A DNA stretch of 64,000 nucleotides from Candidatus Saccharimonadales bacterium (GCA_025449905.1 JANWIN010000004.1:24656-88655); one strand, 5' to 3'; positions 48,640 to 59,425 are shown, counted from the first letter of the stretch. The notes: generated from the letters alone by a model not told the origin. Made by a program: numbers and translations.

Positions 48640-49603
48640 TCATTTTATAGTCAATATTGATGCCAAGCTGGAGGAAGAGCCAATCCGCAAGGGTTTTGGT
48701 CGCGGTCTGCTGGAGGCGGGCAAGCAAAACGACAAAGTTGTGGCGCTCTGTGCCGATTTGACCGATTCAACCCAAATGAGCTTGTTTAAAGAAGCTTTTC
48801 CGGACCGCTTTGTTGAAGTTGGGGTGGCTGAGCAAAATTTGGTAACTGTTGGTTCAGGTCTGGCCGCTACCGGTAAGATGCCGTTTGTATCATCTTACGC
48901 AGCGTTTAGCCCGGGACGCAACTGGGAGCAAATCCGCACCACAATTTGTTTAAATGATCGTCCGGTTAAGATTATCGGCTCACACGCCGGTGTATCAGTT
49001 GGTGCTGATGGCGCCACTCACCAAATGCTGGAAGACATCGCTCTAATGCGTGTTCTGCCCAACATGACTGTCATAGCTCCTTGCGATAGTGTTGAGGCCG
49101 AAAAGGCTACCATTGCTTTGGCTAGTTATAAAAAGCCAGCTTATATGCGTCTGGCCCGGGAAGCCACACCAGTTATTACGACTGTTAAAACGCCGTTCGA
49201 GATTGGCAAAGCCTACGTTTTTGCTGAAGGTAAAGATGTCAGTCTTATTACCACAGGCACTATGACTTATCAGGCGCTGGCAGCAATTGAGCCATTGTTT
49301 AAACAGGGTATCAGCGCCGAAGTTGTGCACGTGCCGACTATCAAACCCTTAGATGAAAAGGCAATTTTAGCCAGTGTGAGCAAAACCCGTCGGGTTGTTA
49401 CTGCTGAAGAAGGCCAGGCGGTTGGCGGTTTAGGTGGTGCCATCGCTGAGCTTTTGAGTGAACATGATCCGGTGCCAATTAAACGCATTGGTATGCGGGA
49501 CCGCTTTGGCGAATCTGGCGAGCCAGCTGAACTCCTAAAGCATTTTGGCCTGACCGCCAAGCAAATTGCCCTAGCTGCCTATCAAGTTGTGGAGAAAACC
49601 TAA
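48632..49603 (+). CDS. transketolase, C-terminal subunit
   Basis: ADL, GVAEQN, DGATHQ, TIKPLD, FGESG. Confidence 0.95.
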   Translation: MSNHFIVNIDAKLEEEPIRKGFGRGLLEAGKQNDKVVALCADLTDSTQMSLFKEAFPDRFVEVGVAEQNLVTVGSGLAATGKMPFVSSYAAFSPGRNWEQIRTTICLNDRPVKIIGSHAGVSVGADGATHQMLEDIALMRVLPNMTVIAPCDSVEAEKATIALASYKKPAYMRLAREATPVITTVKTPFEIGKAYVFAEGKDVSLITTGTMTYQALAAIEPLFKQGISAEVVHVPTIKPLDEKAILASVSKTRRVVTAEEGQAVGGLGGAIAELLSEHDPVPIKRIGMRDRFGESGEPAELLKHFGLTAKQIALAAYQVVEKT

Positions 49604-50511
49604 TGACAACCTTAGAGGAAATTAAGAAAAATAATCAAAAAGCTCGGGTTGCGATGACTAGGGCGCGCAAAGGCCATTATGCATTGGGAGCGTTTAACCT
49701 GGATAACCAGGAAACCCTAAAAGCTGTTTGTTTAGCGGCCAAAGCCAAGAATGCACCAGTTTTAGTTGAAGTTAGCCACGGCGAGGTTGAAGCTATAGGG
49801 CTAGAGAATGTTCGCGATATGGTTGATAACTATAAAGATGAATACAAAATTGAAATGTACATAAATCTTGATCACTCGCCATCAGTTGAAGCCGCTAAGG
49901 CTGGCATAGACGCCGGCTTTGAGTTCATTCATATTGATATCTCCCAGGCTGACCATGATGCAACGGAAGCTCAAATAATAGATAAAACTAAGGAAGTTGT
50001 TAAATATGCCAAGAAAACTGGCGCGCTGGTGGAGAGCGAGCCGCACTATTTTGGCGGCGGTTCCAATGTTTTTAAAGAGAAGTTTGATTACGATGAAATA
50101 AAGAAAACTTTCTCGAGTCCGAAAGATGCTAAAGCCTTTGTAGAAGCCACTGGCATTGATACTTACGCGGCGGCGGTTGGTAACCTGCATGGCCATTATC
50201 CGGCGCCTAAAGTCCTTGATTTAGAGCTGTTGCAGCAGGTCAGAGATGCCGTTGATTGCAATGTTTCGTTGCACGGTGGCAGCGGTACTCCGGGCCACTA
50301 CTTTAAATCAGCGGTAAAAATTGGTGTTACTAAAATAAATATTAATACTGATATGCGCATCGCCTACCGCAAAACCCTAGAAGAAGAGCTAAAAGCTAAT
50401 CCTGACGAGTTTGCGGTGGTAAAACTGATGGATAAAGTTATCGAAGCCGTTCAAAAAGTTGTTGAGTCAAAAATTGATATGTTCAATGCCGAAGGTAAAG
50501 CCAAGCCCTAA
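49603..50511 (+). CDS. fba: class II fructose-bisphosphate aldolase
   Basis: GAFN, LDH, GNLHG, LHGGSG, KININTD. Confidence 0.93.
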   Translation: MTTLEEIKKNNQKARVAMTRARKGHYALGAFNLDNQETLKAVCLAAKAKNAPVLVEVSHGEVEAIGLENVRDMVDNYKDEYKIEMYINLDHSPSVEAAKAGIDAGFEFIHIDISQADHDATEAQIIDKTKEVVKYAKKTGALVESEPHYFGGGSNVFKEKFDYDEIKKTFSSPKDAKAFVEATGIDTYAAAVGNLHGHYPAPKVLDLELLQQVRDAVDCNVSLHGGSGTPGHYFKSAVKIGVTKININTDMRIAYRKTLEEELKANPDEFAVVKLMDKVIEAVQKVVESKIDMFNAEGKAKP

Positions 50512-50536
50512 CAGGGTATGATAAACTTAAGCGTAA

Positions 50537-51538
50537 ATGAGCCAGATTGATGTCTTAAGCGTCGGTGATGTCGTAACAGATGCTTTTATAAAATTGCAGG
50601 ACGACCAGGCTTATGTGCAGGAAAACGACCATGGCAAATGGCTGACCATGCAGTTTGCCACAAAGTTGCCGTTTGACCACGTCGAAATCGTTGAAGGCGT
50701 TGGTAATGCCGGCAATGCGGCGGTCGGTTTTGCCCGGCTGGGCCTAAAAACCGGTTTTGTGACTAATGTTGGCGGCGATCAATACGGCCGCGATATTATC
50801 AACTCGCACCACACCAATGGTGTAGACACGCGCTTTATTCACATCAATCCCGATAAAAAGAGCAATTACCACTACGTGCTTTGGTATAAAGAAGAGCGCA
50901 CCATTTTAATTAAGCATGAAGATTATGAGTATCATTGGCCGCACCTGCGTCCAGATGAAATCCCCAAATGGATTTATTTTAGTTCGATTAGCAAGAACGC
51001 TTTGCCATTTCATGACGATTTAGCGGAGTGGCTGGAACAGCACGAAGATGTTAAACTGGCGCTGCAACCAGGCACTTTTCAAATAGAAGCCGGCGCTGAA
51101 CGCTTAAGCCGACTGTATCGCCGCTGTGAAGTATTGCTTGTTAACCGCGAGGAAGCGGTCAAAGTTGGCGGTGGTAAGCATGAGGATATCAACGACTTAT
51201 TTACAAAGCTGCACGCTCTAGGCCCGCGAATCGTAGTTATTACTGATGGTCCGGACGGAGCCTATGCCAGCTCACCGGAGGGCAAGCTTAAAATGCCGGC
51301 CTACCCAGACCCCAAACCGCCATATGAGCGAACCGGCGCAGGCGATGCTTTTTCACTGACATTTGTAGCCGCTCTGGCCAAAGGCAATAACATTCAGGGC
51401 GCCTTACAGTGGGCGCCAATTAACTCAATGAATGTTGTGCAATCGGTTGGCGCCCAAAAGGGTTTATTAAACGAGCAGCAAATTACCGAGCTGCTAAAAG
51501 ATGCTCCCGAGTGGTATAAGTCTGCACCACTGGCCTAA
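50537..51538 (+). CDS. PfkB family carbohydrate kinase
   Basis: GNAAVGFARLG, NREEA, TDGPDG, RTGAGDAF. Confidence 0.93.
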   Translation: MSQIDVLSVGDVVTDAFIKLQDDQAYVQENDHGKWLTMQFATKLPFDHVEIVEGVGNAGNAAVGFARLGLKTGFVTNVGGDQYGRDIINSHHTNGVDTRFIHINPDKKSNYHYVLWYKEERTILIKHEDYEYHWPHLRPDEIPKWIYFSSISKNALPFHDDLAEWLEQHEDVKLALQPGTFQIEAGAERLSRLYRRCEVLLVNREEAVKVGGGKHEDINDLFTKLHALGPRIVVITDGPDGAYASSPEGKLKMPAYPDPKPPYERTGAGDAFSLTFVAALAKGNNIQGALQWAPINSMNVVQSVGAQKGLLNEQQITELLKDAPEWYKSAPLA

Positions 51539-51570
51539 GCTAAGCCGCTCATGCTAATCTAAAAGCAACT

Positions 51571-52818
51571 ATGAGCAGGATGTTATCCGAACTTCTCGGG
51601 GTTGCCGAGCCTAACTTAACTAGAATAATCAGAGGCTTGGAAGTGGCCAGTGGCCACCCCAATATTGATGTGCGTTTAACAGCCGAAGTGATTGGTTTGG
51701 CGCGGTTGAAAGTCAGGGAAATGGGACTAGATGTTGATGATACTAGCGGGCGAGAACTTTATCATAGCTTACAACAAATGATAGCCAAGCATGATGAGTT
51801 TTTAGCCGAACACTTAGAGGCCAAGTCTGACGGTGAAGTTAACTTGATAGGTTTAAAGAAGACCATTGATAAGCTAGATTTGCCCAGAGGCTGCTGGACG
51901 CTTAAAAATTCCGCCGCCAAAAGATTACTTAAAACTTCTCCGCCCAAGCAAGCTATGAAAAAGCTTGGCTACAAGTCGATAGATTCAATGCTCAAGCGTG
52001 AACCGCCGGCCAATATCTATCTAGCCATTCAGTTGGCCGAGTCGGGTATGTGGCAACAAAAATTTATCAAAAGCTATAAAGGTTTAAGCCCTAGCGACTT
52101 TACTAAAAGTGAAGTCAAAGTCCTGATTGTTAACGAAGACCACCTACTAGCTACTAGCCGTGATTATGTCAGACGTCACCGCCACAATATTGTTAGCCTT
52201 AAAGAATTTGGCATTATTGCACTGTTGCCATTACCAACCAAGTCTTTACCGGGCGCACATTTAACAATCCTAACGATGCTTATCAGCGCTCTTAATGATA
52301 TGCGGGCCCATAGTACTTATCTCAAACTCCAGCAGGTCAAGCCCAACTTTGGCGCTTTGGTCAGCAAGACCTTGCAGGGCCAGCCAGTTGGTCTGACAGT
52401 TGCTGGCCAGCACTTGCCATGGCGAATAATTCAGCAATACCTTAGTCGCCTGGAGATCATTCATCATCCGGATATTTTTGGTCCGCACGTCCAACCCGAG
52501 GATGTCGCTTGGCATAAACCCGAGGAGGTTCTGTTTCGTTTGGAGCCAGCCTTAAAGTTTTGGGAAAATGTTGATTTTGTCGGTGCACTTTATAAAGACC
52601 AGCCAGTATCGTTTAATCTTATGGATAGCGCACTTAGTTATTGCAACTCTTTGGCTTATACCAATCAAGCAACTCACTACTTCCGCGATAGCTTACTTAC
52701 CGAGCTTTACTTACGCTATTTACTGGAGACGCCACTGGGCGAGCGGGCACTTAATAAGCTGGATGATGGGCTGGTCGGTGAGCATGTTGATTTATTTGAG
52801 GGGGTAGAAGTTGGCTAA
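51571..52818 (+). CDS. hypothetical protein
   Basis: 415 aa ORF in operon context. Confidence 0.75.
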   Translation: MSRMLSELLGVAEPNLTRIIRGLEVASGHPNIDVRLTAEVIGLARLKVREMGLDVDDTSGRELYHSLQQMIAKHDEFLAEHLEAKSDGEVNLIGLKKTIDKLDLPRGCWTLKNSAAKRLLKTSPPKQAMKKLGYKSIDSMLKREPPANIYLAIQLAESGMWQQKFIKSYKGLSPSDFTKSEVKVLIVNEDHLLATSRDYVRRHRHNIVSLKEFGIIALLPLPTKSLPGAHLTILTMLISALNDMRAHSTYLKLQQVKPNFGALVSKTLQGQPVGLTVAGQHLPWRIIQQYLSRLEIIHHPDIFGPHVQPEDVAWHKPEEVLFRLEPALKFWENVDFVGALYKDQPVSFNLMDSALSYCNSLAYTNQATHYFRDSLLTELYLRYLLETPLGERALNKLDDGLVGEHVDLFEGVEVG

Positions 52819-53380
52819 GTACCAAATTTGCATATCAGGGTCGCACACCGGCAAAAGTGTTGAATCCGGTAAGATTTTAGCCCAAGAATTAGGGCGAGCC
52901 GTAGCTAAGGGCGGGCATACCTTACTGACCGGCGCCACTATAGGACTACCTCATTTGGCCTCCGAAGCTTATAAAAAAGCTGGCGGTGAATTCAGTATTG
53001 GTATTAGTCCGGCTTCCTCTAAGGTCGAGCACGTTATGAAATATCGCTTGCCGGTGGAGACCTATGATGCTGTGCTTTACAGTGGAATGCACTATGCTGG
53101 CCGCGATGCCTTTTTAATTAATTCCAGCGATGCGGTCTTGAGCGTTGGCGGGCGGATGGGAACGTTTCATGAATTTGCCATCGCTGTTGAAACTGATACG
53201 CCAATTGGCTTTTTGCGCGGCGCTGGAGGCGTAAGCGATGAAATAAAAAATGTGCTAGAAGCGACTGGCGAGGGCAGCAACAAGCACGTCGTTTTTGCCG
53301 ACAGCGCCGAAGAACTTTTAAAAAAGATTGAGCACATACTAGATACTGATTTTGCCAAGTACCGCGACATCTATAAATAA
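52811..53380 (+). CDS. LOG/SLOG family nucleotide-binding protein (TIGR00725-like)
   Basis: LTGATIG, IGISP, GGRMGTFHE. Confidence 0.85.
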   Translation: MAKYQICISGSHTGKSVESGKILAQELGRAVAKGGHTLLTGATIGLPHLASEAYKKAGGEFSIGISPASSKVEHVMKYRLPVETYDAVLYSGMHYAGRDAFLINSSDAVLSVGGRMGTFHEFAIAVETDTPIGFLRGAGGVSDEIKNVLEATGEGSNKHVVFADSAEELLKKIEHILDTDFAKYRDIYK

Positions 53381-53449
53381 CTTGAATAATGTTCGTTTTT
53401 AGCGTATAAACTTAAGCAGTTTAGATACTAACCTACAAAGGAAATAAAA

Positions 53450-54070
53450 ATGAAAAAAATCAACACTCGCGGCCCTGTCCAGCTAGTTGGTGGCCAACAG
53501 GCTGGGTTCACCGCCGTTGAAGGCCTCTTGATTCTAGTAGTCGTCGGCATTATTGGCGGTGTTGGCTGGTTTGTTTTTAAGTCTAAAGATGACACCAACA
53601 AGACCTATGATAACTCAGCAAATTCATACACCAACCAAACCGCTAAAACCACAGAGTCTACTACTATGTGTGAAGCATCTGAAGAAGGTATGTTGCACAT
53701 TCATGAGCTTGGGATACAGCTTAAACTAGATGCCAAGGTTCTAGACGCGACTTGCGCTAAGATTAAAGACTATGACAGTCACTATCCAATAGGTTTATCT
53801 ACCAAAGCTTTAGAGAAATACGATGCTAACTGTAAGGCAGAGATGGGAAGCGTGGCGCAAATTGTAGTTTTTACAAACCCAAATGGCACTGATGCTAGTG
53901 TTGCTAACGGAACAAACATTGAGAATTTTCCAGATGCAATAAAGGTAGGTAATAAATACTACGCCATCTTTAATATTGGTCATCAATCGCCTTGTGGGAA
54001 AGAGTTTATAGAAGCTCAACATGAAGCTCTTGAAGGCTTTGAAAAAAGCGAAATAGAAAAAATGGAATAA
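53450..54070 (+). CDS. prepilin-like surface protein 1
   Basis: AG|FTAVEGLLILVVVGIIGGVGWFV. Confidence 0.8.
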   Translation: MKKINTRGPVQLVGGQQAGFTAVEGLLILVVVGIIGGVGWFVFKSKDDTNKTYDNSANSYTNQTAKTTESTTMCEASEEGMLHIHELGIQLKLDAKVLDATCAKIKDYDSHYPIGLSTKALEKYDANCKAEMGSVAQIVVFTNPNGTDASVANGTNIENFPDAIKVGNKYYAIFNIGHQSPCGKEFIEAQHEALEGFEKSEIEKME

Positions 54071-54075
54071 GTCTG

Positions 54076-54765
54076 ATGAAAAAACTATCACAAAACGGAC
54101 CTGCCCAGCCAGTTGGAAATCAACAGGCTGGGTTTACGGTAATCGAAGGGTTACTAATCTTGGTAGTTGTCGGAATTATAGGCGGAGTTGGTTGGTTTGT
54201 GTTGAAATCTAAGAACGATTCTGAAAATACGCCTAAAGTTCAGACTGATCCTGAGTACATACCTAATGTTACGCAAAATAAAGTTGATCCTTATGCCCGG
54301 TGGAAGACCTACCACAATGATAAATATGGTTTCAGCATAAAGTACCCAGAGGGCTGGAAAACAATTGACATGAATCAGAATGATATTATTGGATTTGCAT
54401 CCGCAGACATAAAGTTTCCTAATGCTGAAGAAGGCCAGCTTAACCTTAATCCGCTAAGAGGTTCATGGCTTGAATTGTATGCCGGCAAAAACGTTGCCCA
54501 TGAAGACGGCTCAAAAGATTCCTACGAGTCAGATTTAAAAACCAACTCTGAAGCAGTAAAGGCCTTTAGCGGCAATTACAAGACAATAAAGATAGACGGA
54601 TACAACGCAATCTGGAGTACCATTTCACCAGAAGGAAGCTATATTGAAGCGAATACTTACGCTAATAATAATTACTATCTTTTTAGGTTTAATGTGCCGG
54701 ATGAAGAAAATAAAAAATCACAAGATTTGTTTAAAAAAATCCTAGCAAGTGTGGACTTAGAATGA
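54076..54765 (+). CDS. prepilin-like surface protein 2 (PsbP-like C-domain)
   Basis: AG|FTVIEGLL...; WKTY..KYGFSIKYPEGW. Confidence 0.8.
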   Translation: MKKLSQNGPAQPVGNQQAGFTVIEGLLILVVVGIIGGVGWFVLKSKNDSENTPKVQTDPEYIPNVTQNKVDPYARWKTYHNDKYGFSIKYPEGWKTIDMNQNDIIGFASADIKFPNAEEGQLNLNPLRGSWLELYAGKNVAHEDGSKDSYESDLKTNSEAVKAFSGNYKTIKIDGYNAIWSTISPEGSYIEANTYANNNYYLFRFNVPDEENKKSQDLFKKILASVDLE

Positions 54766-55424
54766 AAAAGCTATCACAAAACGGGTTTACGGCAGTAGAA
54801 GGTCTCTTGATTTTGGTAATTGTTGGGATTATCGGCGGCGTAGGTTGGTTTGTCTGGAACAATAGATCAGCTGGAGTGAAGCCAGCGGCCGACAAAAGCT
54901 CGCAGTCAATTAAAGCTGTTTCTGCAAAAGATACCACGAAGACTTTCTCTTATTCCTATCCGAGCAGTTGGAAGCTACAAAAATTTGTTTGGCAAGATTG
55001 CTGTGAAGGACCACCTAAAAGTGAGCCAGATTGGAATAAAACCTCACAAACGATAACACTACAGAATAAAAGCAATGATAAAGCAGAAATCATTATTAAT
55101 GGCTTTACGAACTTTCCTGATTCGGTTGACAGAGAAATCGAGTCAGAAATAGAGTCAATTGATAAAGACCAATTCAATACATATTCAAAGGTTACCATCA
55201 ATGGCTACAAAGGGATTAAGCATGTGCTTGATTTCGTCGGCCCGAGTGACGCAGAAAAGTACAAGGATACAACCTACATAATTTTTCATGGAAATGATAA
55301 GGTCAATCTTTACTTTAGGGAACGATATAGCAACGCAACACTAAATGGTGAGAATGATTTTGATGCAACAAACTTATATTCCGATTTTGAAACTATTGTA
55401 AACTCAATTAAATTTAATAGCTGA
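54762..55424 (+). CDS. prepilin-like surface protein 3 (PsbP-like C-domain)
   Basis: NG|FTAVEGLL...; FSYSYPSSW; ends FETIVNSIKF. Confidence 0.8.
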   Translation: MKKLSQNGFTAVEGLLILVIVGIIGGVGWFVWNNRSAGVKPAADKSSQSIKAVSAKDTTKTFSYSYPSSWKLQKFVWQDCCEGPPKSEPDWNKTSQTITLQNKSNDKAEIIINGFTNFPDSVDREIESEIESIDKDQFNTYSKVTINGYKGIKHVLDFVGPSDAEKYKDTTYIIFHGNDKVNLYFRERYSNATLNGENDFDATNLYSDFETIVNSIKFNS

Positions 55425-56161
55425 TGATGAAAAAACTATCACAAAAAGGATTTACAGTTATCGAAGGCCTATTGATTTTACTAATTGTCGGGATCATTGG
55501 TGGCGTCGGTTGGCATGTTCATAAGACAAAAGATGATACTAGCAATACTTATGACAATTCTGTTAATACAGGCGAACCAAGCAAAAACACCATAGATTCT
55601 TTCGAGGAATGCAAAAAAGCCGGAAATCCGATCCAAGAAAGCTATCCTGAAAGATGTAGTGCTGGGAGTAAAAGCTTCACAAACATAGCTCAAGAATCCA
55701 AAGATTGGCTGCAATATGTTGCCAAGGATGGGACATACAAAGTTAAACTCAACGATGGTTGGGTTATAGACAAGCTTAAATCTTCAGACATTTTACTAAC
55801 TTTTAATAACGAAAACCTAAAACCTAAAGCAGGCAATCGGGCACTGGTAAAAACCGTAAGTGACGGACCCGGTGAATATTACGACAGTATTCTATTTATA
55901 AAAGTAGAAAATGATCGCTTTTCAACTGATAGCTCTACAGAGACTCCAGTCTTTAATACGTTGAGCGGCATAAAAGTCTACAGAACCAAAAGCGTTGAGG
56001 ATAACGATGGCCAACCTTTACCGAAAGGTACAAAAAGGTATTACTACGCAATTGGTCACAAAAATAAAACTTTCACAGTACTTTACAGTGTTCAACCGGG
56101 TGAGACAGACTACCATGAAGAAGTAGAAAAGGTAGTACAGACCGTAGAACTCACATACTAA
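55424..56161 (+). CDS. prepilin-like surface protein 4
   Basis: KG|FTVIEGLL...; SFEECKKAGNPIQESYPERC module. Confidence 0.8.
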   Translation: MMKKLSQKGFTVIEGLLILLIVGIIGGVGWHVHKTKDDTSNTYDNSVNTGEPSKNTIDSFEECKKAGNPIQESYPERCSAGSKSFTNIAQESKDWLQYVAKDGTYKVKLNDGWVIDKLKSSDILLTFNNENLKPKAGNRALVKTVSDGPGEYYDSILFIKVENDRFSTDSSTETPVFNTLSGIKVYRTKSVEDNDGQPLPKGTKRYYYAIGHKNKTFTVLYSVQPGETDYHEEVEKVVQTVELTY

Positions 56162-56180
56162 TCGTTGTTACAATTAAAGG

Positions 56181-58142
56181 ATGGCTTTCCATCTTAAAAG
56201 CGAATATAAGCCTACCGGTGATCAGCCGGCGGCTATTGCGGCATTGACTGCAGGGCTCGAGAAGAACACTAAAGAGCAGACACTTTTAGGTGTAACCGGC
56301 TCCGGCAAGACTTTTACGATGGCCAATGTCATCCAAAACGCTCAAAAACCGACGCTGGTGCTCAGCCACAATAAAACCCTGGCCGCCCAGCTGTACAGCG
56401 AGTTCAAGCGCTTTTTCCCGGATAATCCGGTTCATTACTTTGTTAGTTACTTCGATTATTACCAGCCGGAGGCTTACATTCCGCGCTCTGATACTTATAT
56501 AGAAAAAGACAGCCAGATAAATGAAGAAATTGACCGGCTGCGCCACGCTGCCACCGATGCGCTATTAACCCGCCGCGACGTGATTATTGTGGCCAGCGTG
56601 AGTTGCATTTACGGTATTGGCTCGGTGGAAGATTACGGTGATATGGCGGTGAAGATTAAGAAAGGCGAGCGATGCCTGCGAGACAAACTGATGCGCCAAC
56701 TGACCGATATCCAGTACCGGCGCAATGATGTGGCTTTTGAGCGCGGCAACTTTAGGGTACGCGGCGATACGGTGGATATTTATCCGGCTGGCGAGGAAGA
56801 TGCTTACCGCGTCGAGTTTTTTGGCGATGAGGTAGAGCGCATGACCAAAATTGACCCGCTGACCGGCACAATCCTCGGCGAACCGCCAGAAGTTAGGATT
56901 TTCCCCAGTTCCCACTACGTCACACCGGAGGCTAAGCTTAAAGGAGCATTGGGTCAGATTCAAAAAGAATTAGGGGAGCGCCTGGCTTATTTTAAAAAGA
57001 ACAATTTATTATTAGAAGCTCAGCGTCTAGAGCAACGCACTAAGTTTGATCTGGAGATGATGGAAGAGACCGGTTTTGTTAAAGGTATAGAAAATTACTC
57101 AAGATATCTAACTAACCGTGAGCCGGGTGAACAGCCAGCCACGCTGCTGGACTATTTCCCGGATGATTACCTGATGTTTATAGACGAGTCGCATATGAGT
57201 ATTCCGCAGGTCCGCGGTATGTATAACGGCGACCGGGCTCGCAAGGAAGTCTTGGTAGAGCATGGTTTTCGCCTGCCCAGTGCGCTAGACAACCGGCCGC
57301 TGACCTTTACCGAATTTGAGCGGCATATGAATAAGGTGGTTTATGTCAGTGCCACGCCGGCCGACTATGAACTGTCGCGCAGCGCCAAGCCGGTTCAGCA
57401 GATTATCCGCCCGACCGGACTAATTGATCCCAAAATTGATATTCGGCCGATTGAGGGCCAGATTGATGATTTAATTGCTGAAATACGGGCGACGGTTGAA
57501 AAGCGCCAGCGAGTGCTGGTAACTACGCTAACTAAGCGGATGGCCGAAGATTTAACTGATTATCTAAAAGACGTCGATATTAAGGTCACTTATCTTCATA
57601 GTGATGTTGAGACACTGGAGCGGACTGATATTTTGCGTGACCTGCGCCTCGGGACTTATGACGTAGTAGTTGGTATTAATCTGCTGCGTGAGGGGCTGGA
57701 TTTGCCGGAAGTTAGCCTAGTGGCTATTTTGGATGCTGATAAAGAGGGGTTCCTGCGTAGTGAACAAGCCTTAATTCAAACTATTGGCCGGGCGGCGCGG
57801 CATATTGATGGGCGGGTGCTGATGTATGCCGATCATGAAACGGGCAGTATGAAGCGGGCTATTGGCGAGACTAACCGGCGCCGTAAGATTCAGGAAGAAT
57901 ATAACAAGGAGCATAAGATTACGCCTAAGGGCATTTCGACAAAGATTGAAAAAGGTTTACGTCCTGATTTACCGGAGGAGGCTAAGCGGGCCAAGCTGGA
58001 TCTTAAGAAGATTCCTAAGGATGAGTATGGGCACCTTATCAAGGATTTGACGGGGCAGATGGATTTGGCGGCCGCCAACCTTGAATTTGAAAAAGCTGCT
58101 GAGCTTAGGGACATTATTTCGGATATTAAAGCTAAAATGTAG
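56181..58142 (+). CDS. uvrB: excinuclease ABC subunit B
   Basis: [36 protein letters not shown]-terminal UVR domain. Confidence 0.98.
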   Translation: MAFHLKSEYKPTGDQPAAIAALTAGLEKNTKEQTLLGVTGSGKTFTMANVIQNAQKPTLVLSHNKTLAAQLYSEFKRFFPDNPVHYFVSYFDYYQPEAYIPRSDTYIEKDSQINEEIDRLRHAATDALLTRRDVIIVASVSCIYGIGSVEDYGDMAVKIKKGERCLRDKLMRQLTDIQYRRNDVAFERGNFRVRGDTVDIYPAGEEDAYRVEFFGDEVERMTKIDPLTGTILGEPPEVRIFPSSHYVTPEAKLKGALGQIQKELGERLAYFKKNNLLLEAQRLEQRTKFDLEMMEETGFVKGIENYSRYLTNREPGEQPATLLDYFPDDYLMFIDESHMSIPQVRGMYNGDRARKEVLVEHGFRLPSALDNRPLTFTEFERHMNKVVYVSATPADYELSRSAKPVQQIIRPTGLIDPKIDIRPIEGQIDDLIAEIRATVEKRQRVLVTTLTKRMAEDLTDYLKDVDIKVTYLHSDVETLERTDILRDLRLGTYDVVVGINLLREGLDLPEVSLVAILDADKEGFLRSEQALIQTIGRAARHIDGRVLMYADHETGSMKRAIGETNRRRKIQEEYNKEHKITPKGISTKIEKGLRPDLPEEAKRAKLDLKKIPKDEYGHLIKDLTGQMDLAAANLEFEKAAELRDIISDIKAKM

Positions 58143-58412
58143 TCACACTTTTTTGAATCGCGGGACTTTTTTGCCTTGCCACTCCACGATTTCTAGCCAT
58201 TCACTCAGTGGTCTTACGAAAGTGGGCTTGTTTTTGATACGAAGCGAACTGTAAATTACGCAAATTTCGTCGTTGGCTTCAAGCACTCCCAATTCCTTCA
58301 CTTCATAAAGGCTGTCTGGGTTTTTATAGTGGGTGTATTTACCGCCAATTGTGACTTTAGTTCTTGCTTCTGCCAACTCTCTATTTAATTGCTCATCAGG
58401 TTTGTGGGCCAC
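58143..58412 (-). CDS. DUF1653 domain protein
   Basis: GKYTHYKN..YEV, VIY, FVRPL, PRF. Confidence 0.85.
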   Translation of the reverse strand: MAHKPDEQLNRELAEARTKVTIGGKYTHYKNPDSLYEVKELGVLEANDEICVIYSSLRIKNKPTFVRPLSEWLEIVEWQGKKVPRFKKV

Positions 58413-58669
58413 TAAAGTATATTTTAATAGTCTTTTCTAATAAATAAACCCATTTCGCGCTGGTTTCACCAGCTACCCGAGATACTTTTGTCTCCAGCAA
58501 CAAAAGTATCCAAAAATGCCGCAGGCGACTTCCGGCTCTATAGGAACTCCATTGTCAAGCGCTACCATGCTCACCGCTGCCGCTAAAGCTCCACGGCTTC
58601 GCTCTAAAGGTAGCTTTGACACTACGTTCCTCAGGAACCTCCAGAGCCTGAAAAGCCAGTGGTGTTCGG

Positions 58670-59119
58670 CTATTTTTTGAGGTAGCCGAGTTGGTGAAGG
58701 ATTTTGATAGTTGGCGGAGAGATAATTTCTAGCTTCGCTAATTCTTCTCTTGAAAACCAGTGAAGATCGGAAAGGTCATCTGTAGGATCGATGTTTATTT
58801 TATTGGCAACTTCTTTCATGGCAATTTTATAATCGAAAAATTTCATCTTTACTAGAACCCGCTCACCGGTGTTGCGCAGAGTCTTTTCGCTTTCGCCATG
58901 ATGGATTTCTTTGAAAGGCGTAATTTCGGCATCTTTTATATCAATTCCAGTTTCTTCCAGGGTTTCTCGAATCAATGCCTGAAGTTTTGTTTCGTCTTCT
59001 TCAATCCCACCACCTGGCACAACCCATAGCCCTTCATAGGCGCCGGTTTTGCCGAACAATACCTTGCCATCTTTAGAAAATATAAAAGCTCCAACAATAT
59101 CACGCTCAATAGTACGCAT
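58670..59119 (-). CDS. NUDIX hydrolase
   Basis: PGGGIEEDETKLQALIRETLEETGI Nudix box. Confidence 0.92.
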   Translation of the reverse strand: MRTIERDIVGAFIFSKDGKVLFGKTGAYEGLWVVPGGGIEEDETKLQALIRETLEETGIDIKDAEITPFKEIHHGESEKTLRNTGERVLVKMKFFDYKIAMKEVANKINIDPTDDLSDLHWFSREELAKLEIISPPTIKILHQLGYLKK

Positions 59120-59152
59120 GCACAAAATTATACGCCCGGAGGGGGTGTTCGA

Positions 59153-59425
59153 CTATTTCTTTGGTTTATTTAGATAGTAAAGACCTGCTAAAACAAAGTA
59201 TCCTGTGAAGGTAAGGGTGATGAGACCTTGTCCCAATATAAGGGGCATATCGTCTAGTTTTATAAACTTAACCAAAATGATTAATAGGGCGGCATAGCGG
59301 ATAGTCATTCCTAGCAGTGATAGATCCCGAGAAGATTTAGTTTTATGAACTCTTCTTATCTGTAGAACGATATCAATGTTCAAAGCCAAATAAGAAACTA
59401 GCGTCAACCAGTCTAATAAATCCAT
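59153..59425 (-). CDS. PQ-loop/SemiSWEET-like small membrane protein
   Basis: Three TM helices, LQIRRVHKTKSSRDLS. Confidence 0.75.
   Translation of the reverse strand: MDLLDWLTLVSYLALNIDIVLQIRRVHKTKSSRDLSLLGMTIRYAALLIILVKFIKLDDMPLILGQGLITLTFTGYFVLAGLYYLNKPKK

Noticed and set aside
7692-53418. Recurrent TAAGCA/TGCTTA hexamer near gene starts (7692, 11042, 13821, 22002, 24333, 39065, 47758, 53413)
   Set aside because: Short AT-rich word with variable orientation and spacing; enrichment cannot be shown without a background computation
56162-56175. Partial match to the right arm of the 44-bp palindrome (TCGTTGTTACAATT)
   Set aside because: Lacks the core and left arm; better explained as the TACAAT -10 box of uvrB
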